Shown here: piece by piece, positions 40,021 to 53,500 of the stretch
How positions within the stretch are numbered: the first letter of the stretch is position 1
Layout: the number at the start of each line of letters is the position of its first letter
Origin: Octopus vulgaris
Taxonomy: Eukaryota
Length of the DNA stretch: 64,000 nt
NCBI GenBank assembly: GCA_951406725.2
Contig: OX597814.1
Span: 178,250,001-178,314,000 of the forward strand
Reading direction: 5' to 3'
Notes under the pieces: model-generated
Database searches by the model: none
Seen by the model: the letters and a program-made list of their open reading frames with translations, nothing else
What the model was told of the DNA's origin: nothing
Made by a program: the position numbers and the translations under genes

Positions 40021-40851
40021 TATTCGTTTCATTGATCCTGGAAGAATAAATGGTAACTTTGGTCTCTATGTTGTTTGAAATGAAAATGTTAAAATTCTTC
40101 CGGAAATACAGCGAGTATTTTGTCTGATGCACTTACGATTTTTCCAGAGCATCAACAATTCTGGATATTGGTTTTTAAGTCATGCAACAAGTCCATACAT
40201 TTTCGAGCGGCTATATTAATTTAAATTTCTCTCAGGACTTGAAAAAATCCATGTGCCCTGTATATATTTTAACGGACTTACAATTATTAAAAATTGGTAA
40301 TGTCAATAAATAATTGGGTAGAAATATTAGTAGGAAGACTAAGGCATCCAGATTGCCATACAACTTATAAAATGTATAAAAATTCGATTTCAGATTTTGA
40401 ATAATTTTTCCGTGTTTTTAAGTGTTCTTTTTGCTTCTCTGTGATCAGAGTGACAAATATGAATTAGCATGCATGAAGATAAATTCAAAGAAGATTTGGA
40501 TGTGTTTTGAACTGAGAACATTTATGGGCATAATTAAATGCCACTGTGCACTTTTCCAATGCTTTACTGATTCTGCTATACACCCTAATCTCTCGCGTAC
40601 TATCCCACTCCTTCTCTTTCCCCATGTATGCATGCACACACACACACACACATGCATGTACAGTATATAGATATATATATATGCATATATATTTATGTAA
40701 GTATAACATATATATCCTTAAATATTTTATACATACATAAACTCTCTCTCTCTCTCTCACACACAAACACATACCTACTGGATAATATATAATATAATAA
40801 GTTATGATATATATCCTTTTATCCTTATATATGTTTCAGCACTGAGTGTGT

Positions 40852-40917
<66 letters not shown>

Positions 40918-41612
40918 TTCTAGCGCAATATCTGCAAATATGTAAATATGTATATATCAGAAATAGATCAATCAAACAGTTGATGGATCATAACCGACAT
41001 GGTCTCATTTGCATTCTTTATATTCCAATACATTATTTTGTGAACGTTCAAAAGTATAATTGCAAAATGAATGAATTATCGATCAATACTAATTTTTCTC
41101 GAAGAACACCCGAGAATGGTCTGTGAAGCTATAGAACGTAACAAATTCTGAAAATGTTGCTTTTAGAAAAGTATGAACATCTCAAAATCTCATTAATTGC
41201 ATTTTGCTTAAGTGTTATATGACTGGAGGAGGTCAACATATTATCACATATAAAACGAGTTAGTAAGAGTTATTCATGCACGATATTTTTCCTATGTAGA
41301 GCAGAAAAGCTCCCCTTCCATAATCCTTTTTCGCATTAAAAATAAAACATAGAGGATAATACTGCGTGTTGTGACTAATATCACATGATAGAAAAGTCTT
41401 CCCTGGAATTCTTTCGCTATAGTTGGTTTCAAACATGGCTGACGTAGAGTGATACCATCACCGAGAAATTATAAGCGACTTGCTAAATCATTGTATTCAT
41501 GGGAGTTCAAGTTACTTAGTTGACTAACAAACTTGGAACAATCAAACAATCATAAATTAGTATGTTATAAATACACACACACACACATATATATTGAGTT
41601 GTACGTAACCAC

Positions 41613-41705
<93 letters not shown>
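41613..41705. repeat. (ATCT)n microsatellite
   Basis: Directly visible. Confidence 0.95.
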
Positions 41706-41706
<1 letters not shown>

Positions 41707-42208
41707 ATGTAAGTATGTATATATATATATATGTATGAGTGTATGTCAGTGTGTGAGAGTATGTGTGCACGTGCATTTGTATACGTACACATAATTGAAT
41801 AAAGTTCCTTGGTACCAAGCATAATTCTTAGATTGCCACATACACTTATATAGCAGCGTAAAGTATAGAATTTAGTATCAATTAGAAAATGCAATAGCAC
41901 AGCAGTTATGTGATCAGGTTTATTACCTTACATCCGTTTCTATTATGAAAACCGTTGTATGCAATGATGATGGCCCATGCAGCATCTTACAGCAGAAACA
42001 GCTCTATAGTAATCAAAGTGATTAGATAACGCTGTTCCTTGTCTCATATATATATATGTGTGTGTGTGTTGTGTATGTGTGTGTGCGTTCATGTGTGTAT
42101 ATGTATGTCTGTATACATATATGTATATATGTATGAATGCATGCATGCGTGTATGTGTGTATGAATACCCCCCTCTCTCTCTGTCTCTCTCTCTATATAT
42201 ATATATAC

Positions 42209-43812
42209 CTAATTGTGCGAACCCCACGTACCCCCACCATTTACTTCCTCCCCAAAATCCACAAACCCAACAACCCTGGCCGCCCCATCGTCTCCGCCTG
42301 TAACTGCCCCACGGAGCTCATCTCTAAATACCTCGACCGTGTCCTTGCCCCCCTTGTGGCATCTCTTCCCTCCCACATCCACGATACCAACCATGCTCTC
42401 CGGCTTTTCAACTCTTTCTCCTTTCCTCCCGGCTCCTCCAAAATCCTTTTTACTATGGACATCCAAAGCCTCTATACTGTTATCCCTCACCACGAAGGAC
42501 TGCAGGCCCTTCGACACTTTCTTGACCTCCGCTCCAACCCTGTACCTGACACCTCCACACTCATTCGTCTGGCCGAACTTGTCCTTACTCTGAACTGCTT
42601 CTCGTTCGCGGGCGAGTTCTACCATCAGGTCTCGGGAGTGGCCATGGGAACGCGAATGGGCCCCAACTATGCGAACCTGTTCGTTGGCTATGTTGAGGCC
42701 CAAATATTCTCTAATTTCACTGGTCCCACTCCTGAACTATATGGTCGTTACATTGACGACATTATCGGTGCCACCTCACTCTCCCGTGAACATCTAGATT
42801 CCTTCCTCTCTTTCGTCCAATCTTTCCATCCAGCCCTCCACTTCACTTCCACTATCTCCAACACCTCTGTCTCCTTCCTCGACATTTCGGTTAGCATTCT
42901 TCACTCCACTCTTACCACCTCCATTCACTACAAACACACAGACTCACACTCATACCTCAACTTCTCTTCCTCCCACCCAGAACACACCAAGCTTTCCATC
43001 CCCTATTCCCAATTCCTCCGTCTACGTAGGCTCTGTAGTGACGACCAGGACTTTGAGACTCAGTCTCAACGTATGGCTCACCACTTCACCCTACGTGGAT
43101 ACCCCCTCACCACTATCCACACCACCCTTGCCAGAGCACGGTCCGTGGACCGTGTATCTGCTCTCTCTCCCCGAACCCGCCCTGTAGTCTCCCGCCTCCC
43201 TTTTCCCCTCACTTACCACCCCACGACCCTACGTCTCCAACGCACCATTCTTCGAGCTTTCCGTCATCTCCAGTCCGACCCGTCCACTTCACACCTCTTC
43301 CCTAACCGACCCCTCCCCTCTTTCAAACGAGCCCACAACCTTCGAGACCTTTTGGTCCATAGCTCCTTCCCTGACCCTACCTCCCAACCCGGCTCGTTCC
43401 CCTGCTCCCGCCCACGTTGCCGCACTTGCCCTTACCTCTCCAACACCACCCTCCTCACTAGCACCCACCATCGACCCAATCCCATCATCCACTCCTTCAC
43501 CTGCACCTCCAGCAATATTATCTATTGCGTCTCTTGCTCTCTCTGCCATTCCTTGTACATCGGACAAACGGGACGCCGCTTGGCTGACCGGTTCGCGGAA
43601 CACCTTCGTGACATCCACCTTGCGAACGACACACCGGTCTCACGCCATTTCCGCTCCACCGGTCACTCCTTGCAACACCTATCTGTGTTCGGTTTGTCCT
43701 TACACAGAGGCCATTCGGATTCCCGTTTGCGCCGTGAACAGGAATTAATCTTCTCTCTTCGCTCTTATACGCCATTTGGTCTCAACTCTCCCCCCCCCAC
43801 CTCCTCATCTAA
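42209..43812 (+). CDS. PLE polyprotein, partial: reverse transcriptase + Cys-rich linker + GIY-YIG endonuclease
   Basis: YFLPKIHK, GRPIVS, FTMDIQSLYTVIP, GVAMGTRMGP, RYIDDI, FLDISV, PCSRPRCRTCP, NIIYCVSC..C..LYIGQTGRRLADRFAEH, REQELI, PFGLN. There are 526 stop-free codons to PFGLN. The listed ATG at 42137 is microsatellite-derived. A probable natural stop TAA at 43810-43812 is out of frame by one base in a C9 run. Confidence 0.93.
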
Positions 43813-44136
43813 CCCCCCTCTCCCCCCTCCTCACCTATCCCCCCCGACCCCTACTTCTTCAGTCCTTCATCCTTTGACCCCTACTCCCCTTCCCTTCTTC
43901 CCTCTTTCTCCCTCCCTCCTACCCTCTTCCCCTTCCCTCTGCTCCCTCACTCCCCTTCTCTCTCCCCCTCCCCCTCTTTCCTCCTTCCTCCTCCCCTTCC
44001 TTCTCCCCCTCCTCTATCTCCCCTCTCCCCCTCCTCTCATCTACCCCCTCTCCACCCTCTCCACCCTCTCCACGCTCTCCCCCTCTCTCCACACTACACC
44101 ACACGACTTTACACATCACATCATATATGATGTGCC

Positions 44137-44465
44137 ATACTAATACATACTAATACGTACTAATACATACTAATACATACTAATACATACACCAACCCTA
44201 TACATACACACGTCCAGACCCCTCATACGCACTTATACTCTCTCATACACACACACACACACTTATACATACTAATACGTACTAATACATACTAATACAT
44301 ACTAATACATACACCAACCCCATACATACGCACGTCCAGACCTCTCATACGCACTAATACTCTCTCACACACACACACACACACACCCTTATACATACTA
44401 ATACATACTAATACATACACCAACCCTATACATACACACGTCCAGACCTCTCATACGCACTAATA
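44137..44465 (+). repeat. Hierarchical tandem repeat in the PLE 3' UTR (about 2.6 x ~125 bp, with internal 10-mers)
   Basis: [(CATACTAATA)n CATACACCAACCC.ATACATAC.CACGTCCAGACC.CTCATACGCACT.ATACTCTCT(CA)n] is repeated. Confidence 0.9.
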
Positions 44466-44631
44466 GCTGGTCATTCAACCCTATTATCAACCCTATTATC
44501 TCCCCTTATTTCGCTCTCGCGTCTCATGTTTGATCTTTGACCTCTGGCCGAAATCAGATCGCCATGTTGATTCGTTAGTTACTGCACGCATTTTTTTTCT
44601 CTCCTTCTTTCTGTTTTTTTCTCTCTGTGTA

Positions 44632-44669
44632 TCTTTCTGTTAAAGAGCGTAGGCTCGAAACGTTAAAGA
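44632..44669 (+). ncRNA. Hammerhead-like motif in the PLE pseudo-LTR, non-canonical core
   Basis: UCUUU-CUGUUAA-AGAGC(GUAG)GCUC-GAAAC-GUU-AAAGA: perfect stems I and II and palindromic stem III, but the core reads CUGUUAA instead of CUGANGA. Confidence 0.65.
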
Positions 44670-44766
44670 CTTGTTTTATTTATATTTCCTGAGCGCCATA
44701 CTAATACAATTGTTTGTTTGTTTCCCACCTGCCTTCGTCTTTTGTCTATTTTCATAAAGCTTGCCG

Positions 44767-44841
<75 letters not shown>

Positions 44842-45643
44842 CATTCACCTGCATGTGTATATGTATCTGTGAAACCGTATGAGAATCTGTGCCTGCCTAT
44901 CTCCGAATCAGGATGTGTACACTACGTCATTTATATAGCACCATTATGTATATACACGCATGTTCACAAACTAAAACGCACAAATGCACAAGTAAACATA
45001 TCCTAAACCAAAACTATAGATACAAGAGCCTCTCAAACGCTTATCACCACATGACCTAGTAATGGAATATGGAAACATTCACATGGGTTTGGCTACATCT
45101 CCAAGAAGAAGCCAGTAGGTTTTGTATTGTATAATACAGACTTTATATTTTGTTAATAATTATGATGATAGAGAATATGGAGACTGGTACATACACAACA
45201 TTTAATTCCTTTTATCTTTCATTTCACACAGCCTATTCTTATGGTTATGACGACCTACACGTGTTTCCGCTGCACAGAGCATGGGCAGTTGCACATGCAA
45301 CCGAGCATAATACGCTGTACAGCATTGTTCAGGGTCTTTCAAACGGCTGGACTAGCTATTAACATAATTATTGCTAATATATACTCCATATCCTCTATGG
45401 TCATAATTATGGGCTATGGGCACTCCATTTAATATTACCAGCTATTGAAGCGAACACTGAATTACCCCTCGGATGAGTTTACAGCGTGAGTGATAACTCA
45501 TTCTAGTTACAAACGTCAAATTCTAATCGATGGCGGTTACTCGTAACCTGAGACATAACTAAGAACCACAAAGGTATCCGCCTGGATAATATATCCCTCA
45601 AAACACAAACAACCACACACATTTAAGGAATATATGAGATATA

Positions 45644-45699
<56 letters not shown>

Positions 45700-46277
45700 G
45701 ACAGACAGACAGACAGACAGTCCGACAGGCAGATAGACAGAGTGAGACAAAGTTGAAAATATCAGTATAAGTTTAATATCAATTATTTGAATACGATTTT
45801 GAATAATCATTTATGACAAATATCAAAAGACTTATATATGTATCGATGTAATCAATCTGGGTAATTCTGTTATGGCCATTTGTATTATAAAATATATGAA
45901 ATTTGTTTTGTACGTATATAAAAGTTCACGTACCTGGACACACAATCGATAAGAAACAATACTATGCATACATGCACGTTTCTATGTATCTGCACACGTG
46001 CAGTCACACACGCACTTACCTTACAGACACACATTTAACGAAATTTTAAGCTTACAATACGTCTTATATGGCTCTGCTGCAAGTTATGCAGCATACTGAA
46101 CGGTTCCGTGAGATATTTGAAGCCAGCCATATTGTAAATATTTATAATCATGTCACAACTTTCCCTACTCATATGTATTTGTACGAGTGTGCGTGTATAT
46201 GGGTGTATATGTGCGTATGCGTTCGTGTGTATATGTGTATGTATATATTCGTATACATATATATGTATGTGTGTGTG

Positions 46278-46316
<39 letters not shown>

Positions 46317-46317
46317 G

Positions 46318-46369
<52 letters not shown>

Positions 46370-46388
46370 TGTATATACACTTACGTGC

Positions 46389-46460
<72 letters not shown>

Positions 46461-48975
46461 GTGTGCAAGCATACATGCATATTTATATACTTCACTCATC
46501 CTCTGAACAGTATAATTTTTATCTTCTCCAATTTTCCCTGTATCTCTCAATATACTGCTTAATTCTTATAACTATAAATTACAACTTCTCGTAAAACTTT
46601 GTATTATTTTTGAGTTTTTCTCTGAAGAATTACGAATAGGAGATTCTACACGCATATATCTTTGTAACTCCTATCCTTTAACGAAAGTTATGTAACATTT
46701 AATTAGAAGTATACTGAATTTTCAAGTCTTCTGTTTTGATACAAATAGACCGACATATAAGGCTTGCATAATATATGAAATATATATACCTACGTGCATG
46801 CATACATACATATACATACACACATACATGCGGATCCCTCCAAATTCTTACCAAGTAGATAGATTAGATGTAAGACGATATAATTGTTTTTTGGTTTCAT
46901 AAATTATCTGTAAAAGTAAAATAAATTCCAACATTTCTATTTCCATTTGACTTTGCTTACCAAAATTTCAGCTAGCTCATTGTTTTGAAGTTACGTTGCT
47001 CGTTCTATCTTAAAGAAGTCCGTATGGACATTTTTGACTACTAATTATAGATAATCACTGTTATTTGGGGTTTTTCAAACACCTGTACGACATACTTAGA
47101 GGCTGCTATATGGCTAAGTTCAAACAATTTATGAACTGCTAATAGTACCTATTTTGTATAAAATGCATACGTACTAACAACTGACAAAGCCATCACTATT
47201 GCAATAGACGTATTTGAACGCGAAATACATGTTACATATATAAACACACTCACCTCTTTCTCTCTCTCTCTCACACACACCCTCCTTCTGCATTACTTAT
47301 GTACGAATGTACAAATATAAATACACACACACGCGCAGACAGTGAAAGAGAATATATGCACGAGGACACAGACATACATATGTCATATGTTTTATGTTTA
47401 TATATAACATTTAAAGATGTCTTTTGAAATATAGTTTAAGAAGCACAGCGGTCATAGTACTGATTTCCCAATACCTGTAGATATTGCTTTCGAATACATA
47501 CCGCTTTCTCTGTGTCTCTCGTTCACTCTTTACGCTTTTACTCACGTTTTCCAGGTCTCATATTGCATATTGATGTCCACTAAGTTTTCCTGCACACAAC
47601 GAAACATTATGAGAATTTAAACACGATGGCAGCTAATTAAATGCCATGAGACCATTTGAGAATAAGGATCGCGTCAGATAGCTCTAAATGCATTACATTC
47701 GGTGTTGCCACATTATCTGTACAATGTGGAAAATACTCTAGCCATCTGTCCTGTTCCAACAATCCCAGTATTATGTATTACTCCAGAGCCATGTACACTC
47801 TACAAAATTTGATCCTACGTAACATACAAAATATTGCGACACAAGTTTTTTTTTTTTTACCTCAATCTATCCTGACTGACAACAATGTTTCGAAAGTAAT
47901 ATTCTCCATATTCCAACGGTACCCGGACAAATTCTTCTGAGAAATATAAGACTAACGATCGTCACGTGAATAAATCTTGATAAACAGCAACTCCCTACCT
48001 CAGTGAGCTCTAAAGACTTAAAAACGAATCAATTTAGTGCTGTTAAGTTAGACATTACGAAATCTTTTCTAAGTTATCAAATCTTTTCTAAGTTATCACA
48101 GTTAATGACGTTGACGTTGTACTTGCATTCCACAGCCATGTGCTCCATTATCTCAGATGTGACAGTACCCACACAATTGCAACAGAACCCACAGTGACAC
48201 TAGCATTTCCGAAATCCTCTGTCTACACTGTTGTCACTCATTGCATGTCCCCTTCGTCCTCGGTTTAATATGTGTGAATGTATGAGTGTGTGCATGTGTG
48301 GATGCGTATTCACCATTAACATTGATGAGGCTTAGAAATAAATCCTCGTAGGGAAGGGAACTGTGATGTCGATGATAATGAGGCGGAGGAGGATAATCGT
48401 AATGATGAAAATTAATGCGATGACTATAATATTAACTGAAGCATCATTGTGATTTATATCTCAGAAAAGTGCTTTCCTAAGACAATAATGAACTGGATGA
48501 AGGAAAATACAGTCAAATGAAGGGAACTCTTTCAAATACAATAGAATTTGGTCGCAGTGTCAAATTCTTACGTCTTTTACAAAAATTATAGCACTTGTAT
48601 TATATTAGTTTCTTATGTAACAAAATGCTTAAATTGTGAAGGATAACCACAGCGAATTAGATTGACTGTAAAGTCAATGACTGCTATGGAATCGGTCATA
48701 AGTCTACTCGATCAGTTCTTTCGTGTCCAACAATTTAGTACATTCACACACACACACACACACATGTGATATAGTTGCAAAGAATATTTACAATGTTAAC
48801 TGTAGGAAGGACTTTCATGTAAAAATGAAAGGTATGTCAGAACCAGCAGGTATTCACATCTTGAAAGAACAAGGAATACTGGTGCAACACCTCAATAAAA
48901 ACAGTAATTCGGTTCATGCATAAAAGCTCTGACATTATTCTATGGCACAGAGAGCAAGAGTCATGCGCTGTTGTA

Positions 48976-49017
<42 letters not shown>

Positions 49018-49027
49018 GAGGAGTAGT

Positions 49028-49245
49028 ACTTCCAAATTTTGGTACAAGACCTGCAATTCTCAGGGGAGAGGCTTAGTCGATTACATCGACCCCAGTGTTG
49101 AACAGGTACTCATTTTATCGACGCCAAAAGGATGAAAGGTAAAATCGACTTCATCGGAATTTGAACTTAGGACGTAAAGACAAACTGAATGCTGCTAAGT
49201 GTTTTACCCGGTGTTGCTGACAACTCTGGCAGCACGCGCCTCAAG
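49028..49245 (-). mobile_element. SINE family A (tail variant 2), in (AGT)n
   Basis: TAGTCGATTACATCGACCCCAGTG...TACTCATTTTATCGAC...AAAGGATGAAAGG.AAA.TCGAC...GGAATTTGAAC...GGCAGC.CGCGCC. Confidence 0.8.
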
Positions 49246-49429
49246 TAATAACAACAACAATAAGAATAATAATGATGATGATGAGGAGGAGGTTCATCAT
49301 CATCATCATCATTATCCGTAACTTAGTTCTTCGCTGAAAGGCAACAACAGGATGAGTGCCTGAAAGAAAGTGAGTATTGTGTCGATTTGTTTCAATGTCC
49401 CTACAAAACAGTGACCCAGAATTATAATA

Positions 49430-49580
49430 ATGGCTTCTAATTTAGTCACAGCAACTGCAGTTTTCAGGCAAAGTAGTCAGTCGATAGCATCGACATCAAT
49501 ACTTATTTGCTATTTGATCCTTCGATTCCGAATGAATGAAAGGCAAACATACCCTTGCCAGCATTTGAACTCAGAACCAA
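49430..49580 (-). mobile_element. SINE family A fragment
   Basis: GTCGATAGCATCGAC...TGAAAGGCAAA...GCATTTGAACTCAGAAC. Confidence 0.6.
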
Positions 49581-50449
49581 AAGGAGGTTTACGAATATCA
49601 TAGTACATGTCCCTAAGACTCGCGTGGTTCCGCTAAGTAACAAATTGCAGTAATATATGGATCTCAGTGAACACATCAAGGTACAGGAAAAAGGCTCATT
49701 CCAAGTTTCATAGTTACAGAAGAAATTCAACAGTAACATAACGAAAATGTTTGAACACATCGACAATGGTACAGATAAAAATAAGACAACTTTAAGGTTA
49801 TGAACAAATATTCCGGTACTAATAGAAATGAAAACAATTCTTAGAATGAATGTATGTGATGCCAAAACGAATGTTTAGTTTTTAAAAACATTTCTTGAGA
49901 TCTTTATATACTTTTAAATACTCCACATAGTTTAGAGGAAATTTATATTTCTTAAAGACGTTATTAACTGCAAGTACAGCTTTGGTGTTCATTTTAATGG
50001 TAATTATTTGCACATCTTATCTGCTTATTCCACACCCGCACATCATTACCATCCTCTCTAAACTACTGAGGAAGAAATATGTGATCAGCAAGGATTTCAA
50101 TATTTCCATTTCGCTACAGAAATGTAATATAAATGTTATATATTTTTTTTTCAAACAAAATTCTGTATTCATTCTTATTTTGTTTATAATAACAGGATTC
50201 TCTCAAAACATTTAAAAAAGAAAAAAAAACGAAGGAGAATCTCACCACGTATGTGTACGTGTTGCTAAGTCAAAATAACCAGCACACACTTTCTCTCACA
50301 CACAAACATGCAAGCGATAGACAAACACTTACACACACTCATGCACACACACATACACTCACACGCGAATGAGCTGGACAGATAGATGCTACTCGAAGGC
50401 CTTATTTACTCCCAAATCACACCCTAAGGTTACATCAGAAGATCTGCTT

Positions 50450-53400
50450 ACAAAATCTGACAAAAAATCAATAGAGTTTCGCCCACAAATGAACGGAGAA
50501 AAACAGATGAACAAATGAGACATTTTATTTCAAGAACCGCCGAAGAAAATGTCCTTCACAGAAAAATAAAAAGCGATTACTAAGGCAAAGATAGGTATAT
50601 GTATATATATACATAGAGCACAACCCACATGACAACAGAGTACAGTATAAACAGGGGCCACAGCAGAATTGATTGTAAACAGCTCAATATGGTAAACAAG
50701 GAAATGGCAGCTCGAAACCTAACATTGACAAGTAATAATAAGACAAACAATTAATATCGGTATAAATATATGAATGCAGGAGCGTAGAAAATACCATAGA
50801 TGAAATTATAGAAAAGTCTGAGGAGATAAACTTATAGAAATTCATGACAAATTATTGTAAAGAAGATGGGTAAAAATACACTAAAAATGGAGAAACGTAG
50901 TCAAACTAACTGTGCATTAGAAACGATTACAGAGCAAATAAAGGAAATTGATGTAATGGTTTTAAACCAAGTTGTGTATTCCACAATGCGTTCAGTATTA
51001 AAAACATATTTACGTTGAAATAAAAGGAAAAACTAGAAAACTAAAAGCAGGTTCTATTCAGAAACAAAATATTCAACATGTGATAAATCACAAGATAAAA
51101 AGATTTAACTTGAATAATTAAAACATGAAACAAAGACACAAGAAAAGCATTTACACAGAAAGTTTAAAATTCAAAACGAACAGGATCTGGAGATCTCAAA
51201 AAGTAAACTCAAAAGGATGAAGCTAAAATGTGTTGGTGACGTGGAAAATTTTAAAGCAGAGCATAGAAGTCAAATAAAACAAAGTTTTGAGGAGATAAAA
51301 CAAAATCTTTAGAGGGAAACAACAAAACAATAGAAGTAGAGAATCCACTGCACAAAGTACAAAGTAGTGTTAATTTGTAGGAGAATACAGAAAGTAGAAA
51401 AGTTCGATAAAACAAATGAGTTAAGCCAAAGAACGAAATAAATATTAAAACGCTTGGCACCACAAAAATGGGAATATATCAGAGTGGAAAATATAAAAGA
51501 AAACATGATAAGAGAAAGTAAGTGAAAATTACCAGGAGACTAAATCTAAAATTTCTGTATACGCCACTTACATATCTTCACCAAAATATGGCATATGCTT
51601 TAGTAAGCATCTGCTTATTTAGAGATACATCTCAAATAGCAGAGGGACTGATGCAAAACAGAAACAATATTTTTTTTATCTTTGAGACTGATAAACCTTA
51701 AAGTCATGAGCTATTTCGAGCCATTCATGTACCATTTAAACTTTTACTACACATTAAAGTCAATAATAATAGGAAGATATACCAACATTTCAACGGAAAT
51801 AATCTTCCTTGAAGCACATTAGGGTTGCAGAAGAGGATCACATGCTTTTAAAAACCAACAACTGTTAAATAAGTTTAGAAGATTACAGTTAGAAACATAA
51901 GAACCTACATATTTAGCTTAGATAGACAAAACACAAAGAACACGACAATACTTTTTTTCATGAAATCTTGAGTCAAAAAAGACATCAGTGATTGCGTCAG
52001 AATGGAAAAACTAGCATGAGGCTTCATCAGAAAGAGAGTGTTTTATAATCTAATACCATGCATATGATAACGAGAATATTCCAAGAAAATTCGCTTACAC
52101 TACTTTTATTGTCTCAGATATTGGCCCATTAATTGAGCCACTTTTATACTGATATTGTTCTGTAAAATGTGCACGAAGTCTCTACATGGTTGCAGGGATA
52201 TAAGCGGTCACTTTGTATGGATTATATCAAAATATATTCCATATAAATATTTCCCAGATTGCAAGACTTTACAGCTGCAACATCAGTATGGCGTTTAGAG
52301 TCTGTTAGGCACGCAATGATCACTGGAAAACAAAAATATATTAGACAAAATTTGAAGAAACAAACAAACAAACAACACCAACAACAATAGCAACAAAAAT
52401 AAAAGTTTGAGCTCCTAGATATCGAATATTTAGCCATAGCAAAATTGGAGAAAGGACCCGTGTACAACTTGGTATGGTATATATAGTACGGGGACAGACT
52501 TCTCCCAAAGAATACAAGGCAACCATCTCTGGAAATTGCTAGGTATGACAAAAAGAAAAGATAAAATGCTGCAGTCTGTTGGCGATAAGCACAGAAATAT
52601 TTAGCTGAAAATTTTATTCTAAAAAGGTATACTTTGAAATTATAGGCTGAATTAGCATTAAACACACGTGTGGCGGAGAATCGAGAAGTATAACAAATGA
52701 AGTTCAAGAACGAAATGAATATGCAAGAAGTTGAATAATGGATCATGTCATCACATCATGGGGTTAAATCCCCCGTGGACTATACCCCAAGCAATTTAAT
52801 TAACGGAATAGTGACAAATAACAAAACTACTTTTGATTTCAATTATCACTACTGAAAATGGAAAGCCTAATGATTGTCACTAAGAACCAATGCCTCCCAA
52901 ATAGATATTATACCAGAGAATATTCTAAAACCGAAATCAAACTGGAATAATGCGTGTTAAGTAAAACAATCGGTCACATACATGTCACATTCTCCATACT
53001 ACAGAATTACACTCGTATGGATTCTCCACTAACAGAATATGTCAGAAGGCGACACATTCTTCTCTGCTTTCATGAGAAGATAGGTAAGTATAGAAAGAGC
53101 CTTGATTCTGAAAATGGTACAAGCATGTCCCAGAGATCTGAAGAAAATGAAAGTGGTGTGATACTCTGGAATATGCAAGTTCAATTTAGAAGGTTAAATG
53201 TAATTAACTGTCCATCGATATAAAAAAACAAGTAATCCAGGTGTTGTAGACTGCTTAATGTGTCCTGCCTAAATGACAGCAATATTTTCGCGGAGAAGAA
53301 TAAAAACACAGCACATAAAAGGTCTGGAAATTAAAAGTACGAGAATGTGGAATACAATTATAGTCTCAATTTCTTATAAGAGTGCAAAATAATTGAGAAG

Positions 53401-53500
53401 TGCTATACGAGAGGGAAAATATTATGGTAATGTAAAGATCTTCCATATTTGATGCTAGAAAACAATGATTCAAGAAAGTGGTCAAATTCTGCATAAAACA
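50450..53500 (+). mobile_element. Near full-length, heavily decayed R4/Dong-like LINE
   Basis: About 3 kb of A-rich strand. The 3' part gives ESLMIVTKNQCLPNRY..ENILK, KTIGHI, LTEYVRR, EENESGVILWNMQVQ, KGLEIK..RMWN, matching the younger copies at 23-28 kb. Confidence 0.65.

Larger units (their letters stand above)
42208..44768 (+). mobile_element. Penelope-like retroelement (Neptune-type), 5'-truncated, young, inserted in (TA)n
   Basis: Open RT-EN frame, polypyrimidine tract, tandem repeats and an HHR-bearing pseudo-LTR; (TA)n lies immediately left and right; abrupt C-rich composition. Confidence 0.95.

Noticed and set aside
42137-42208. N-terminus of the 668-aa ORF (MHACVYVC...YIYIY)
   Set aside because: It is translated flanking microsatellite. 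The PLE begins at about 42208 without its own start codon.
42209-43812. Selenocysteine-recoding (Naiad-type) PLE
   Set aside because: There is no in-frame TGA, and the endonuclease is C-terminal with a Neptune-type Cys linker.
44137-44465. Repeat-spacer-like array resembling CRISPR
   Set aside because: The 'spacers' are themselves repeated, the context is a eukaryotic retroelement UTR, and there are no cas genes.
45150-45432. Short ORFs in non-repetitive-looking sequence
   Set aside because: No recognisable domain and no convincing splice sites; probably another decayed element.
47560-48250. Possible decayed LINE 3' region on the minus strand (similar weak relics at 17440-17700, 20250-20800, 29400-29870, 36200-36900, 40980-41500, 55850-56300, 56870-57120)
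   Set aside because: Only faint motif echoes are visible by eye. A translated HMM search against TE proteins is needed before calling them.
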